A stretch of 64,000 bases of DNA from Octopus sinensis (GCF_006345805.1 NC_043006.1:11842001-11906000); one strand, 5' to 3'; positions 11,678 to 26,231 are shown, numbered from the stretch's first letter. Notes: generated by a model from the letters alone, not told the origin. A program made the numbers and translations.

Positions 11678-13424
11678 TTTATTCGAAAGGTAGAAATCAC
11701 GTTAACGATAATAATCTAACTAGACATAAAAATAATTGCTTAAGTAGAGAGGACAATACGAAAACAATTAACTGAGATATTCTCGCAGGGATATTGATGT
11801 AGAGAGACGTTTAGGCCAAAATGTTATAGTAATTAAGCCAGAATGTGGAAATACGAAATATGTGTCAAATGAACCTACTCACTTCACCTATGACGCCATT
11901 CGAACCAATATGTACCGAAACGAAGGGTATAAACAATTATCTAAAAGTGGTGATTCGGATCAAATTTACTAACGAACATAGCCGCATTAATTTTTAATGT
12001 TCTGGACAAGTATTTCCTTACATTTGGCCCATAATGGAAGATACTTAAGAGAAACTGAGCGTTAACCTACTCCATAGCAGCTAATATTTCCCAGTACATA
12101 ACTAAATTCAACAGTGTATCCAGCAATTATAGTTTCCTTAGAATTAACTAAGTAATAACATGAATGCACCGACATCTAATGATCAAAGTAGTATCACAAA
12201 TCTTAATACGTCAGTAAACAGCAAGTCTAACCAATGCAATCGAGCAAAATTGAGTAAATGAACTATACAATTGCAGAAACAGATCTCTGTCTCCACTTGA
12301 ATGTTATTGTTTTTGCAAGAATGTTGCATATAAAATGTTCTGTACGTGCACTCGCTAATGTTTATGTGTGTATTGTGACTACCTCAAATATGTTTAAATT
12401 TAGATATTGTTATAAGACTTGGGGAGTTAGGGACAGGAACAAAACTAATTTTTGCATCTGTAGATATTTTTCTATGGATGGTTGCAGATAAAAAGTTTGA
12501 GTGTGAAATTGCTTGCTCTATAATATGCAAGACAGAACCGTATATATCAGCAACGATATATGTAATGTGTGTATATCGGAAACTTATAAAATAATTAAGT
12601 GCAAATCATATTCCATTAGTTAAAGAGAGGATGTAATGATGCGATATCCACACATATATCCTATGTCCAACGTATTGACGTTAATCTAGATGCACTATTA
12701 CTAGTCAACCCTTGGAGGTTTGTACTCTTTAAGTAGTATAATTTCTACTTTTCTGTTTTTGCATTTCTACCATGCTAAATTTATTCAACGCCAGTCCGTT
12801 GATTTGATTGGCAATTTAACATTACTCTATAAAGATAGTAATGATAACTATGACTGGTTTATTCTATGAACTAATTCTATGAAATAATTTGTTCTAAGGA
12901 CAAATTAGCTATAAAACTCTATGCTAGGAACTAATTAGCTATAAATCTTTTCTTATAAATGTGTTATACAATCTCCACAAATGGACTACCGGTCCTCTCT
13001 ATATTATACTTATAATGAAATTATTTGCGTTAATTCCAGTACGATAATAATACTACCGGATAATCCTACAATGTAGCTTCCTTAGTTTACTTCAGAATTT
13101 AGGTTTTCCCTACTTTATTTTGTTTGATTATATCTGATGCCTAAGTTTTAACCTGTCGTTTCTAGTTACATTATTTATCCTAATTCTTAGGATTGATAGC
13201 GAGATAAATTGATAGGATATGGACCATAGTATGCATGCATTTGTTTGAATATTGCAAGCATGTGCACACGTATGAATATGCATGTATATATATATATATA
13301 CGCGAATATTTAATTGACACAAAACATTAATTATACATTAATTTCATCACTTAAACATGTTGAAGGACTTCCAGCATAGGTGAAATAAATATTTTGATAT
13401 AAATATTTTTTGCGTGAGAACTGT

Positions 13425-13455
<31 letters not shown>

Positions 13456-14136
13456 TTGTGTGTAAGCGTCTCTATGAATATGAATACCTGAGAATATTCA
13501 TATGAAATATATGTATGTGTATGTTTGTGCCATTAGCAGTGATCTTGGAATGACATTTATGTCTTTCAGAATCAACCACGCTTGAAATTTCATCAGTTAA
13601 GGCCACTTTACTATGCACCTGAGTACCTCAGCAAAAATCATACACATTGTCTTTAACAAATCTGTCCTCCTATCTCGATATTTAAACCCATTTCATTTTT
13701 CTTTATTTCTCATACAGTTTGTTTGTTTGTCTCTTCATTTATTTATCTTATTCATTAATTTCCTTATCGTATGATGTATTAATTTAAAAGCTACTGGACG
13801 GTCAACCAAATATTTGTAATGCAAATCTTTTTGACAAAATTTCTTTTTTTTTATTACATCTTTATTCTTTTATTTTATTGTATTTACCTCATTGTATATT
13901 TTTCCAGAATTCTTTTCTAAGCTACTGCCATCGCACCGTTAATACATTCCGTATACCGCAATCTTTACTATTTGCAAAGAGTGAAATCTGCCGAACACAT
14001 TTATAGCTATATAATAGAAACCATTTGCTATTTATAGTAGAGTTTAGACTTTCACCTGCCACGAAATTCTTTGAAGTGTAGTCTATTCCTTTGTTACAGT
14101 ATCGTTATATTTATGATATGTATATGTGTGTGTGTG

Positions 14137-14354
14137 TATCAAGGGATGCTGAAATTGGCTGGCTTTAAGGGTATCGCGAAAGGCGTAATTGAAACCTCAT
14201 CTGTCCGAGTTCTTTTACAGGGTTTAGAAAAACTGAAGGACCGCTGCAATAAGTATGTGATTGAAAGGAGGAATATGTTAAATAAATTCATAGTTAAGTG
14301 ATCCTTCTGAATTGTCTTTTATCCAAAGGCAGGAACTATTCAGCAACTTCTCGT
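14137..14354 (+). mobile_element. Mariner-derived MITE retaining the transposase C-terminus
   Basis: Imperfect TIRs (AAGGGATGCTGAAA / TTCAGCAACTTCTCG) and GLEKLKDRCNKYV, resembling the mariner G..KL..R..KCV end. Confidence 0.6.
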
Positions 14355-14361
14355 GTGTGTG

Positions 14362-14396
<35 letters not shown>

Positions 14397-14572
14397 ATAT
14401 ACATGTGTGTTACGGAAGAGTATATAAAATATACTCATCCGTGACGGTAAGATCAACAAAAAAAGTACTCCCTCTGGCGAGAGATAAATATTTAATTGAA
14501 ACAATACATGTTTTTGTGTACTACTAATAAAATTTCACATCAACTACCATGGAAAACAAATACATAAACGTG

Positions 14573-14641
<69 letters not shown>

Positions 14642-14689
14642 CTCTCTATCTATCTCTATCTATCTATCTATATATATATATGTGGGGGG

Positions 14690-14895
14690 GGAGGCGCATG
14701 GCCTAGTGGTTAGAGCAGCGGACTCGCGGTCGAGGGATCGCGGGTTTGAATCTCAGACCGGAGAATGTGTGTGTTTATGAGCGAAATGCGTAAGCTCCAC
14801 GCAGATCCGTCGTCCCGTCCAGGTGGGGAACTTATACGCCAAGGAAACCGGGAAACCGGCCTCATTGAGCCAGGCACGGCTTGAGAAGGAACAAA
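14690..14895 (+). mobile_element. SINE with group A-type head and a third tail ending in (AAC)n
   Basis: GGAGGCGCATGGCCTAGTGGTTAGAGCAGCGGACTCGCGG head, diverging after AAGCTCCACG. Confidence 0.7.
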
Positions 14896-15498
14896 CAACA
14901 ACAACAACAACAACAATATATATATGTATATTATTTGATAGACAGTACATGTTAAAGATTTCTAGCAACACTTTAAACCACATGTCTCTTCTTGAAAAAA
15001 AAACAAGAGGAGAGAAGTGCTATAGTGAGTCATTGAGGAGGTCACATGATGTGTGAAGAAAGAGTTTTGAGAAAGAAATTGAAATAATGATAATAAACCT
15101 GAAGTACAAAGTAAACATACAGTGTATGAGTTTAATTGGCAAAATATGACTATCCCAAAGTATAACAACACACACACACACACACATATTCACACACACA
15201 TCTGTAGGAAGGTGCATGGCTTAGTGGTTAGGCGTGTTGCGCTCACATTCGTGAGATCGTGGTTTCATTTGCCACTCCGGCTGCGCGTTCAGTTCTTGAG
15301 CAAAACAATTTATTTTACTTAGACCCAATTCACTCAACTGTAAATAGATACCCTACGGTGGAATAATCTTTCCATTCGGTGAAATGTTTGCTTCCTCCCA
15401 TAGCCTGGGATGGTGGCGTCATTCGAAATCTACAAGGATGCAAAGCGCATTATGACCAGCGATGTATATATATATATATATATAATATATATATATAC

Positions 15499-15529
<31 letters not shown>

Positions 15530-15584
15530 GTGTGTGTGTCTGTGTCTGTGTGTATGTGTGTGTGTGTATGTGTGTGTGTGTGTG

Positions 15585-15876
15585 TGACTCAGTGATTAGA
15601 GCGTCGGGTTTACAATTATGCGTTCCATTCTCAGACCGGGCTGTGTGTTGTGTTCTTGAGCAAGACACATTATTTCACGCTGCTACAGTTCCCTCACCTG
15701 TAGACATCACTGGTGCCACGCTGCCTTTCCATTGGATAACATCGTTCGTATGGACAGGAGAGGGTGGTATGCATGGGCGTTTGCTGGTCTTCCATAAACC
15801 ACCTTGCTCGGATTTGTGCCTAGGAGGAAAACATCCTAGGTACAATCTGGTGGTCATTCACGACCGAATGGAGTCC
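15585..15876 (+). mobile_element. SINE group C (CORE-like domain)
   Basis: TGTTGTGTTCTTGAGCAAGACAC...TTATTTCACG; homologous to the 34259 and 49287 copies. Confidence 0.8.
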
Positions 15877-15882
15877 TATATA

Positions 15883-15995
<113 letters not shown>

Positions 15996-16249
15996 ATTAC
16001 TTGGGGCATGAAGTATGTGACACAAATCTGCAGATTCAGAAATGTAACACATAAATATATTTGCCATATTTAGCTTTACAGGAAAAAAAAAAATTCCAGC
16101 TTTTTAAACTTCCACTTCATTGCTTTCCCTAAATACAAAACATACCTAAATAATTACGCAATAACTTTTTTCTCTGTGGTTTGAAAATTAAACATTTCTA
16201 TTCGTGAATGAGATGTGAATCGATTTGGTTACAAAAATTAAATTTGTAT

Positions 16250-16420
16250 AGTTACAAATGAGGATGCGGAAAAATACAAAACAAAGGACCTGTCTAATAA
16301 GAAATATCTCTTCTAATCAATGTATACAGAGAGGTGGCAACAATGTTTACAGAATAAAGGCAGATGCTGAAGGCTTCATTATAGCCGCACAAAAGCAATG
16401 CTTGATAATAAAAATACAAA
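16250..16420 (+). mobile_element. R4/Dong-like LINE fragment (post-RT region)
   Basis: RIKADAEGFIIAAQKQCL matches the LKAETEGFIIAAQDQ-type motif. Confidence 0.6.
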
Positions 16421-16799
16421 GTCCTAATTGTAATCTCAACTCTGTAATAGCAATTAAATATTGATTAATCAACACCAAGAGACAATAAATCGTCTCATTT
16501 ATGGTAACTTCAATCAGTGAGCTCGTATTTAAAACATCTATTACTAGTTATTATTCTTCAATACACTCTTTTGAAGGTTTCTGTTAGGAAGGATATGATA
16601 TTGTGCATTGATAAACAGTTGAGATCAATTGTGTAGATTAAGTGAGTCAGCCTATTCAGAGGAACAAAGATCTTTGTAGTTGTATTAGCAGAATTATATT
16701 AACAGAACGGGTTTAAAGTACTCATAAGACGAACAACAGCAGTCAAAAATTTTAATAGGAGAAATGAGTGCACTGCTTCGTTCGGATGTATGGGCAGTG

Positions 16800-17420
16800 T
16801 TGTTGAAAGGTCGATCTGATTATGACCTACTAATCATTTTAGGGAAGTCGGGTATTGTGAATGCACAGATGGCGTGGTAGTCCACTCCGTGCGTGGAAGA
16901 CCCATAGAGTGAGGAGAGACAATGCTGACAGTATTAACTTTTCTGGTCGTCTTGCCTTGCTCAGCTGCAGTTACTTTATTGGTTTAATATGTTTCGGAGC
17001 TTTCTGAACCAATTCATACCTTTCTTCTCTGTCTAAAGTTATCTCCTCCGTCTCTTTATGGCTGATATTGAAGATTTTCATAGAAGCTTTCCCTGTCGCT
17101 CTGTGGCACTCTTCTGGTTTCACCGAGAGCATTTATCGCGCTTGAATTCGCCGTAAGGAAGGATCTTTGAGAGGCTGCGACCTGGCATGCGAGCAGTATG
17201 ACTTGCCCAACGTAGATGTGACTGCACTAGGATTGTGTGAATGCTGACCAGTGCAGCATGAAAGAGTATTACTGAATGAATTATCTTCTGTGGCAATTTC
17301 ATGTGAAGAATGTTCGTAAGGCCAGTGTTACAGAAACGATTCAACTTCTTTGAACGCCATTGGTAGTCAGGCAATGTTTCACAGCCATATAACTGAGTAG
17401 TAATATTTCGTTGGATGTAT
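16800..17420 (-). mobile_element. Decayed RTE-clade LINE, 3' part of ORF
   Basis: TTQLYGCET...KKLNRF...SIHTILVQSHLRWASHTARMPGRSLSKILPYGEFK...SR matches the RTE LRWAGHVARM...LFYGEL motifs. Confidence 0.8.
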
Positions 17421-19059
17421 TTAGACGTTATGATGTATCATCTTTCAATAAAGAGGAAATCAATATCCGTGACGCAGTTTTCACTTATGTGTAGAAAGTT
17501 GCAAGAGGGCTTATGAGTCGACGTTAATTCCAACATGGCCTGTGTGTCGTTTCAGCGAATATATTGACCAAGGGATGTAAAGCAACGTTGTTTCTATCAT
17601 TTTGTTTGATATTCGAGCATTTGAATGAGAGTTACGAAGCAAAGTAACCTTTGAGTGGTTTGAAGATAGCAATACAAGGCAAGTAAGATAGCTTACCGAA
17701 GCATTTGATGCTACAGAAGAAAAAAATAACAATATGAACGACTAAAGGATGTAAGAATGGATGCTGTGACTGTTCTTCCTTAGATAAGATTTGTCCCAGC
17801 AGAGCTTAGGATAAAATATTTTCTACGCAGAACCATCCCGCCATTTACTATTGAGTAAGACTGTCTTATTTAATATATTCCTTCTAAATCCAGATAGTGG
17901 TGGGGGTGGGGGTGGGCGTTCAATTCAAAATTACTTGACTGCTATTTCTACAGGACAAGTGACTACCTAACGGTTGTAGATAATTCTGGAGTTGGTGAGA
18001 TTAGCAGTGAAGTTAGAGGAAGTGGGTAGGCTTATATATAGAATAAAGAGGGCCCAGTTAACTTCGAATTATAACAAAGAATCTTATAAATTAGGTAGTT
18101 GGAACTGATTAAATATAATAGAAACTGATTAAATATAAAATATTTACAACAAATTTTAATCATTGCGGAAAAAATATATATATTACTCATAAGTTTGAGA
18201 TGGCTTATATTCCACATGTATTACCAAAAGTTTTCGGAAACGTATGCATACATATCCTCACTTTTCTTCCACTTTATACCTAATTTTTGTTTGTCCTGAT
18301 ACAAATAACTTTGATAAAACGCATTCCATTGATGTCAATCAGTTTTTTAAATGCTATTCCAAAATTCATTAACCAAAGGTGTTTTTTCCCAAGATAGTAC
18401 GATATGATACTTTTAAAGGAGATTTGGTTACTATTTTTAACAGACAGACTGACGACATAGAAGCTCCTTTGTTGGTTTGTCTGTATTTATGCTTAATATT
18501 TATATTAAGTCAAATACACAAGATGGAAAATAGAACAGTGAAATAGAAGACAAACAACAACAATATTGATGCAATGGAAGTAATAAAAGATAAAAAGTGA
18601 CATAAAATATGAGTAATATAAATCAACCAACTACGTCAAGTCCATATAAAATAAATGAAGAAGGCTGATATTGAAATCGATAAATGAACATGAAAGTAAA
18701 CAACTAAAATCATTCAGGAAATAATAACTACAGAATGAAATCATTCTCCGTAGTAAAAAAAACAACAAAAAAAACAAAACAAAGATGGTGTAACCGCAAA
18801 TAAAGACAAGACTATCAACAAAAAAAGTAGAGTAATGGAAACTGTTACAAAAACTTGGAAAAAGTATAAAAAAAGATGAATAAATAAATAAATTAAAAAG
18901 GAAATTCTTAATCAAGAGATAAGGCAAAAATAAATAAATAAATAAAACAATTGAATTTTGAGAAAAACAAAACGAAACGATTCAAGCAAAATGAAATGTT
19001 TTAAGTCGACGAAGAAAGACTAAAGACTAAATTAGAATGAAACGACATAACTGCCAATT

Positions 19060-19129
19060 CACCACACATATATATATATACATAATATATATATATATTT
19101 ATATAATATATATATATTATATATATATG

Positions 19130-19181
<52 letters not shown>

Positions 19182-19231
19182 TATATAAATATATATATAT
19201 ATTATATATATATATATATATATAATATAAA

Positions 19232-19267
<36 letters not shown>

Positions 19268-19290
19268 CTATATATATATATATATATTAA

Positions 19291-19321
<31 letters not shown>

Positions 19322-19395
19322 AATATATATAAATATATATATATATGTATATATACATATATATACATACATATATGCATATACGCACATATATT

Positions 19396-19451
<56 letters not shown>

Positions 19452-19701
19452 AATTTACATAAATATGCATACATATGTATACATATATATACATAGATAT
19501 ATATATATCCATACATACATGCATATATATATATATGTATATACATACACATATATATATACACACATACATATATATAATATATATATCATATGCATGT
19601 ATAAATATATGTATGCGTACATATATGTAAATGTATATATATATGCATACATATATATGTATAGATATATTACGTTTTTATATTCCTATATATATATATG
19701 A

Positions 19702-19748
<47 letters not shown>

Positions 19749-19750
19749 TG
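19060..19750. repeat. (TA)n/(CA)n/(TG)n compound array
   Basis: Direct reading. Confidence 0.95.
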
Positions 19751-20102
19751 TGCGTGTGCATATGCGTGTGTGTGTATGTGTGTGTGTAAGCAGAAAAGTA
19801 AAATTGTTACAAAACGAACGGAAGGGAAAATATGAAATACACGAATCATGTTTTAAATTGACCCTGATGACAGTGAACCTCCTTATGGAATGAACATGCA
19901 GTATCATAGGCTGTACATCGATATTCAAAACAACTATATAAAACATATATGTATATCTGGCAATAATATTTTGCTGGAACTGAAAAGACTTCACAAACTT
20001 CCTTTACGTAAACGGTTCATCAGAGAGGAAGAATTTAATATATAAAAAGTATTATAAGTATGTATAAATGGTGTAGAAATTAAAACTTAATGTATCATCG
20101 AA

Positions 20103-20484
20103 TCTCTCTCTATATAAACGGCAGTTTGTCTGTGCGTGTTTCTGTGTGTCTGTTTTCTTGTACCCTCACCCTGACCACGGCTTTCAACCGATTCTGATGA
20201 AACTTGACACACACATAGCCCAATGTCATAATTCAAAACTAACGCAGCGAAAATTTTGAAAATTTCCCCCAGTTCTGAAAAAAATCGATAAATTCGACAT
20301 GGGGTCGAGAATCAGAAACAGAAACCGCAAACTGTCTAGGGGACGCAACTCCACCTTTTTTAACTAAAAAAAAATTTACCATCATTTTTTTCCATCTTTT
20401 TGCTATTTTTTGGCTATAACTCTCTAAAAATGCTTTATAGTTATTTCCCTTACAAACCCGAGCAACGCCGGGCGATACTGCTAG
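20103..20484 (+). mobile_element. Non-autonomous Helitron (~380 bp)
   Basis: 5' TC after A; subterminal hairpin CCCG-AGCAACGC-CGGG (20457-20472); 3' CTAG followed by T; no TSD. Confidence 0.8.
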
Positions 20485-21829
20485 TAAGCAATAAAAGCTG
20501 ATTGGACAGAGCATTATTAATATACTAAATAACTGGAATCTGTTGGATGAAAAGCTACTGATCGTAACAATAAAAATGTAAGCATTAAAAACGAGTTGGA
20601 AATGAATTTTAAAAGATGGATGATATAAAACATCTACACTTGTGGAAACGGGTATAAAAATACATCAATTGCAAAAGGAGTTTTAGAAATTAAGCTCCCT
20701 CTCTCTCTCACACACACACAAACAGTAATTAAGCACGCACACACACATACACACGCACACACATACACACACACAAATATGTATGATCTAAAGTTTTCAT
20801 ATAACAATAAACTATAACAGACCTGAAACAAATTCTCTTTCACAGTATATGAAACCATTGGTCGCTATACACTTAATCTTTGGATTTCAGCTATCTAAGC
20901 AAAAAGGAAATATGTACCATCAGAACGGCAGATCTAGTAAGTGTGATGACAATTAGATCTCGTATGTGTCCATCCTGTGAAGCGAGAAATCAGATAGAAT
21001 TTTATCCGTTTCATACGGGAACGTGGATCAATAAAATGGATCGAATTCGTGAAAAGAAGAACGTAGAAAATTTCCGAAACCATCTTCTGTGATAATAAAT
21101 GTAGAGTGTACCTCATATACTTGAGTAATTCCAAACTGCAATGCTCATCGATTCTCCAACCTTTGGTGAACTAATCCCCAAATACAACTTTAGGGAATCA
21201 CTACACGAAAGGAAACTGAATATCAGTTATAGAAACACAACGATCAAAAGCGAAACAAAAACAAACTGATCCAGCAAACCTCCTTAAAATACACAAAAAA
21301 GAACTATGTTGACAACATCAGAGAGTAAGCAACTATACCGCAGATAAGCTTCAGCTATAGGGATGACATGTAGATCATGATGATCCTGCTAGGGCTGTAT
21401 AAGCGCACAGCACAACCTGTATAGGAGAATTAGCCTACAATATGGGTGAATGAGCCAGGGAGCATTAAATAAATGCAGTGAAAAAGAAATTGGTAGATAT
21501 CCATACCCATTTCAACATTCCAGATTGATGCATAATAAATAAATAAATAATATTGAGATAAAAATTATTTCCACGCATCAAAGCTCTCGGCACATTGACT
21601 AGCCACAGAAGTAGTCCGTACACCTGTTAAAGGATTCTAAAATCACTCACACTTTCAACAGAATGGATAAATGCAGTAATATGACAACCACGACCATCAC
21701 CACCACACACTGCTATAGTAATGTTAAGATGAAAAACAAGCTAAGATTAAAGTTATCCACAACGCACAATTATACATAAAACACAAATATAAGACCACAA
21801 GCTCACATATTTACAACTGACCAAGTAAA

Positions 21830-22213
21830 TGGAAGCACTCCGTCGGTTACGACGATGAGGGTTCCGGTTGATCCGAATCAACGGAACAACCTGCTCGTGA
21901 AATTAACGTGTAAGTGGCTGAGCACTCCACAGACACGTGTACCCTTAATGTAGTTCTTGGGGATATTCAGCGTGACACAGAGAGTGACAAGGCCGGCCCC
22001 TTGAAATACAGGTACAACAGAAACAGGAAGTAAGAGTGAGAGAAAGTTGTGGTGAAAGAGTACAGCAGGGATCACCACCATTCTCTGCCGGAGCCTCGTG
22101 GAGCTTTAGGTGCTTTCGCTCAATAAACACTCACAACGCCCGGTCTGGGAATTGAAACCGCGATCGTATGACCGCGAGTCCGCTGCCCTAACCATTGGGC
22201 CATTGCGCGTCCA
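21830..22213 (-). mobile_element. Full-length SINE group A
   Basis: Near-identical to 10261-10644; flanked by 124-bp direct repeats. Confidence 0.9.
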
Positions 22214-23159
22214 TACACTGCTATAGTAATGTTAAGATGAAAATCAAGCTAAGATTAAAGTTATCCACAACACACAATTATACATAAAACACAGCTATAA
22301 GACCACAAGCTCACATATTTACAACTGACCAAGTAAATAAACATATAGGTACTTATGCTACAACCAACAAAACTATAAACAGTCAAGTGTAAACAAAAAT
22401 AAAAGAGAATATAAAATATTAACTCGACAACGTACTCCATGCTTGATAGCATAATGCAAACAATAAAGAAAATCAATTGAAGAATATAAAACCATTGGAA
22501 AAATCACAGTCGCGTGACGAAAAATTTAAGATGAGTTTTTTAATATTAAAGTATAACTGAAGTAAGAAACAATCAGTGTATGTGACTACTGGCAGTTTAA
22601 TCTAGTAAAGTACAACGATATTAATGTTTCGACAATCATTTTTACATCAGAAGTCTTTCAAAAGAAATTCAAAAATATGTACATCTTAAAAATTGTTTGG
22701 CACTTAATAAACTGTAAGATATGAACAAACGTATAAATAATCTAAACCTAGTTATTTTTCTTGTCTGTGTAGATAAATGAGACAACTAGAATGTAAAACA
22801 TAACATTAAAGTTGAAATTTACACGGAAAAGCCACAAAAATATTCAAACCTTTCTTTGTTTGATTTGGCAGCATATCAATGGCTCTGATAGATGAAACTA
22901 TTAAATAAACTCCAGCATTTGACTGAAGGTGTGGCTTTATTGATTTCGGAGGAAAAACAGGCATTTTACATTTAAGTAAAGAACTTTGAGCTATAAATCT
23001 AAAAACATGAAAGTATTTAAAAAAATATAAATTTAATGATTTAGGAGAATAACAGTAGCCTCCCCTTTTGGCGTTATTCAAGGCGTTATTCAAGGCGTCT
23101 GAGGAAATTATTCTCAGACCAGAAATATATTCCGAAAACTTGCAACAGAGGTGACTTCA

Positions 23160-23648
23160 ATTAAGTTAGCTGAGAATAAGGTGTGGTTATTAAACAAGGC
23201 GACAGATTAATGCCATCAACCAACAGCAGGAATGGTGTTTTCGATAGGCTTCCATACAGTTTCCAACTTGCGTCCCCAAAGTCCATCCCCTCCTCACCGT
23301 GGTGGGGACGCTGGCAACGGGTAGTGTCAGAGCTATGCCGTCGGGAACTTCGGTTCCTGGTAGGGCCACCTAAGGCGGATTGGTGTGACACCGAGTGGTA
23401 TTAGGGCCACAACCCGGCAGACAGGGCTCTGGTGAAAATCCTCGGAGTGTCTGTTTCGGCAACTGGCGGCTCCTCGGTCGTTCTGTCCCTGCGTCTGCGG
23501 AGAATCTGCGGCAAACAGGATGTCTCTACATGCGGGATTGTTGGGGACCGTTTGTGAAATCCACATATTCCCACGAAACTTCTTCCATGGTAGAAGAAGC
23601 TGATTCAACCCGCCCAGGGTGAATGCCGCCACAAGTAAGTAAGTAAGT
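23160..23648 (+). mobile_element. GC-rich retroelement piece with (TAAG)n tail, possibly RTE-related
   Basis: GC- and CpG-rich island in AT-rich DNA ending ...CCACAAGTAAGTAAGTAAGT; no RT motif recognised. Confidence 0.45.
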
Positions 23649-24599
23649 TTCCAGCTTAATTTCACACACACCGCTTACAGTGATCCTAACATTTGAGTGA
23701 GATCAATGACGATGTTGCAGATTGAGATCGAAATAAAATCCATGAATCCACAAAGTAGAGTTTTAAATGGCACGGCCATGACTGCGTCGATTTTTTTCTG
23801 ACTTTTTTTTGGTCAACTTACTGATACAGCAGAAACGTATTGATTTATCGCATTAACATAATACGTCATGGATAATTCTATTGTTTTTTTTTCCTTTTAG
23901 ATATTTCTTACAAGACTTACGTAAAAAAAACAACAAAAACAGTGGGGGTTATTCAAGCAGAAATATACGAAACAAAAAACAACTCAAAATACAAGACAAA
24001 ATAAAAACAAAAAACCCACACATGGAAAAGACAACCAAAATAACTGAGGTGAATATAGTATCACGGATATAGGATATATAACCATAATAAGGCCATGTGG
24101 AGATCAGTGCAAATCAGAAGGAAAAAATAATATTTGTAGAAAATCTCATAAGTAAAACACGATGTAGTATGCACCGGAGTATATTTAGCAGGGAAAGCAC
24201 ATTAGCAGAAAACTATCCCCAAAATAACTAACATATATTCCCATGCAAAAAAGTTGGGTAAATGTTAAAATACATGAATACATTATATAGGAAAATAGTC
24301 TCTCATTTTTATAAATAATGAACATTAGATGAGAATTAAATGGTTCACTCAGAATTTGTAAGCAGTTCCTACGAATATCACCCACGAGTCTGGTGTCTGT
24401 GATGGAGTTAACGAATGAAAATGTAGCTAATTGGAATATTGTATAATTTTGTATTCTTTTAATCGTTTTAAGCCACTGGAGTGGGTTCTTTTGATGATCA
24501 TGGCGACACCAGAGCGTATTACACTGAGGTCTCAGTTACAGAGCGTGAAGCGATTCGAAATTATCACACTCAAGGACACACACATGCATATACAATTAT

Positions 24600-24603
24600 A
24601 TAA

Positions 24604-24654
<51 letters not shown>

Positions 24655-24655
24655 G

Positions 24656-24750
<95 letters not shown>

Positions 24751-24790
24751 AATCTATCTATCTATCTATCTCTCGGTCTGTCTGTCTATA
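24600..24790. repeat. (TATC)n/(TGTC)n tetranucleotide array
   Basis: Direct reading. Confidence 0.95.
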
Positions 24791-24939
24791 TACATAGACA
24801 CACTTATACACGACGAGGGGAGGGGCAAAAGGAAGTATACAGTAAGAATCACGTCAATGCTATAATACTTAATTCATTAGAATTTTTGCTACATTAAATT
24901 AGCCTCAGTTTTGATATTTTCAGTGTCATTTCAACAAAA

Positions 24940-25180
<241 letters not shown>

Positions 25181-25422
25181 GCGTTTCAAAGATTTAACAA
25201 AAACATGGCCAGGAAAATTCGTAGCTAATTACTGATTAGACAATATCCAAAGGATCCCTACAATTTCGTGTCTTTTATCGATGGTATATATATATATATT
25301 ATATATATTTATATATATGTATATACATAGGGCAACTTCGCGAACAATACAACAAAAGACGAAGACATGTGGTGTAGAAAATAAACAGATGTGTTAGTAT
25401 AACGCTTGGGAATCGAAAAAGT

Positions 25423-25458
25423 CTTTAAAGTTTCGAGCCTACGCTCTTCCACAGAATG
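25423..25458 (-). ncRNA. Minimal hammerhead-like motif (U6 variant, extra A)
   Basis: CATT-CTGTGGA-A-GAGC-gtag-GCTC-GAA-ACTT-T-AAAG; same family as 41725-41760. Confidence 0.45.
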
Positions 25459-25604
25459 GAGCACAGAAAGAAACAAGGAGAGAAAAAAATGCATGTATAT
25501 ATACATACATATGCAAAGAAACGTGTATACACACATTATATAAACTTTTTCCTACGTATGCTTCTCTTTAGCTATTAAGGTAAATCTCTCTCTCTCTGTG
25601 TCTC

Positions 25605-25642
<38 letters not shown>

Positions 25643-26009
25643 CGCACACGCACACTCACACGTGTATGAACAGCGACTGATGCAGTGTTAGTTTAAATTA
25701 AGAATCTTCACATCAAATATGGAGCACATATATTGTTGAAGCCGGATAACTGCAATATTCGTCTCGGGAGAGCATCTTTTATAGATGTATAGCGTAAAAA
25801 CACAGAAATAGACGTGTATCTCATTCACATTTTCTGTTTATCATACTTCCTTACTGAATTTCTTTTTCATGTACTCTTTTGTGTTTAATCTGTTTCTGTC
25901 TTTCTCTCATCTTTTCATTTCCCAGATAGCAGGCAAATGGTGATACCACTGATGACGCTGTATGCGCGAAGGTATTTATCGTGTACGGCATTCAGTACTC
26001 CGTCGAACT

Positions 26010-26017
26010 TAAAACGA

Positions 26018-26077
<60 letters not shown>

Positions 26078-26086
26078 GTCTATCTG

Positions 26087-26153
<67 letters not shown>

Positions 26154-26231
26154 ATCTCCCTCCTCTCTCTCTCTCTATATATATATACATAATTGCATGT
26201 ATATATATATATATGTGTGCATATATATCTA

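Noticed and set aside
23090-23150. CTGAGGA...TTCCGAAAACTTGCAA
   Set aside because: Helix III and the NUH site cannot be formed.
23395-23622. Overlapping 73-112 aa ORFs in the GC-rich island
   Set aside because: No recognisable domain; long frames are expected in GC-rich sequence.
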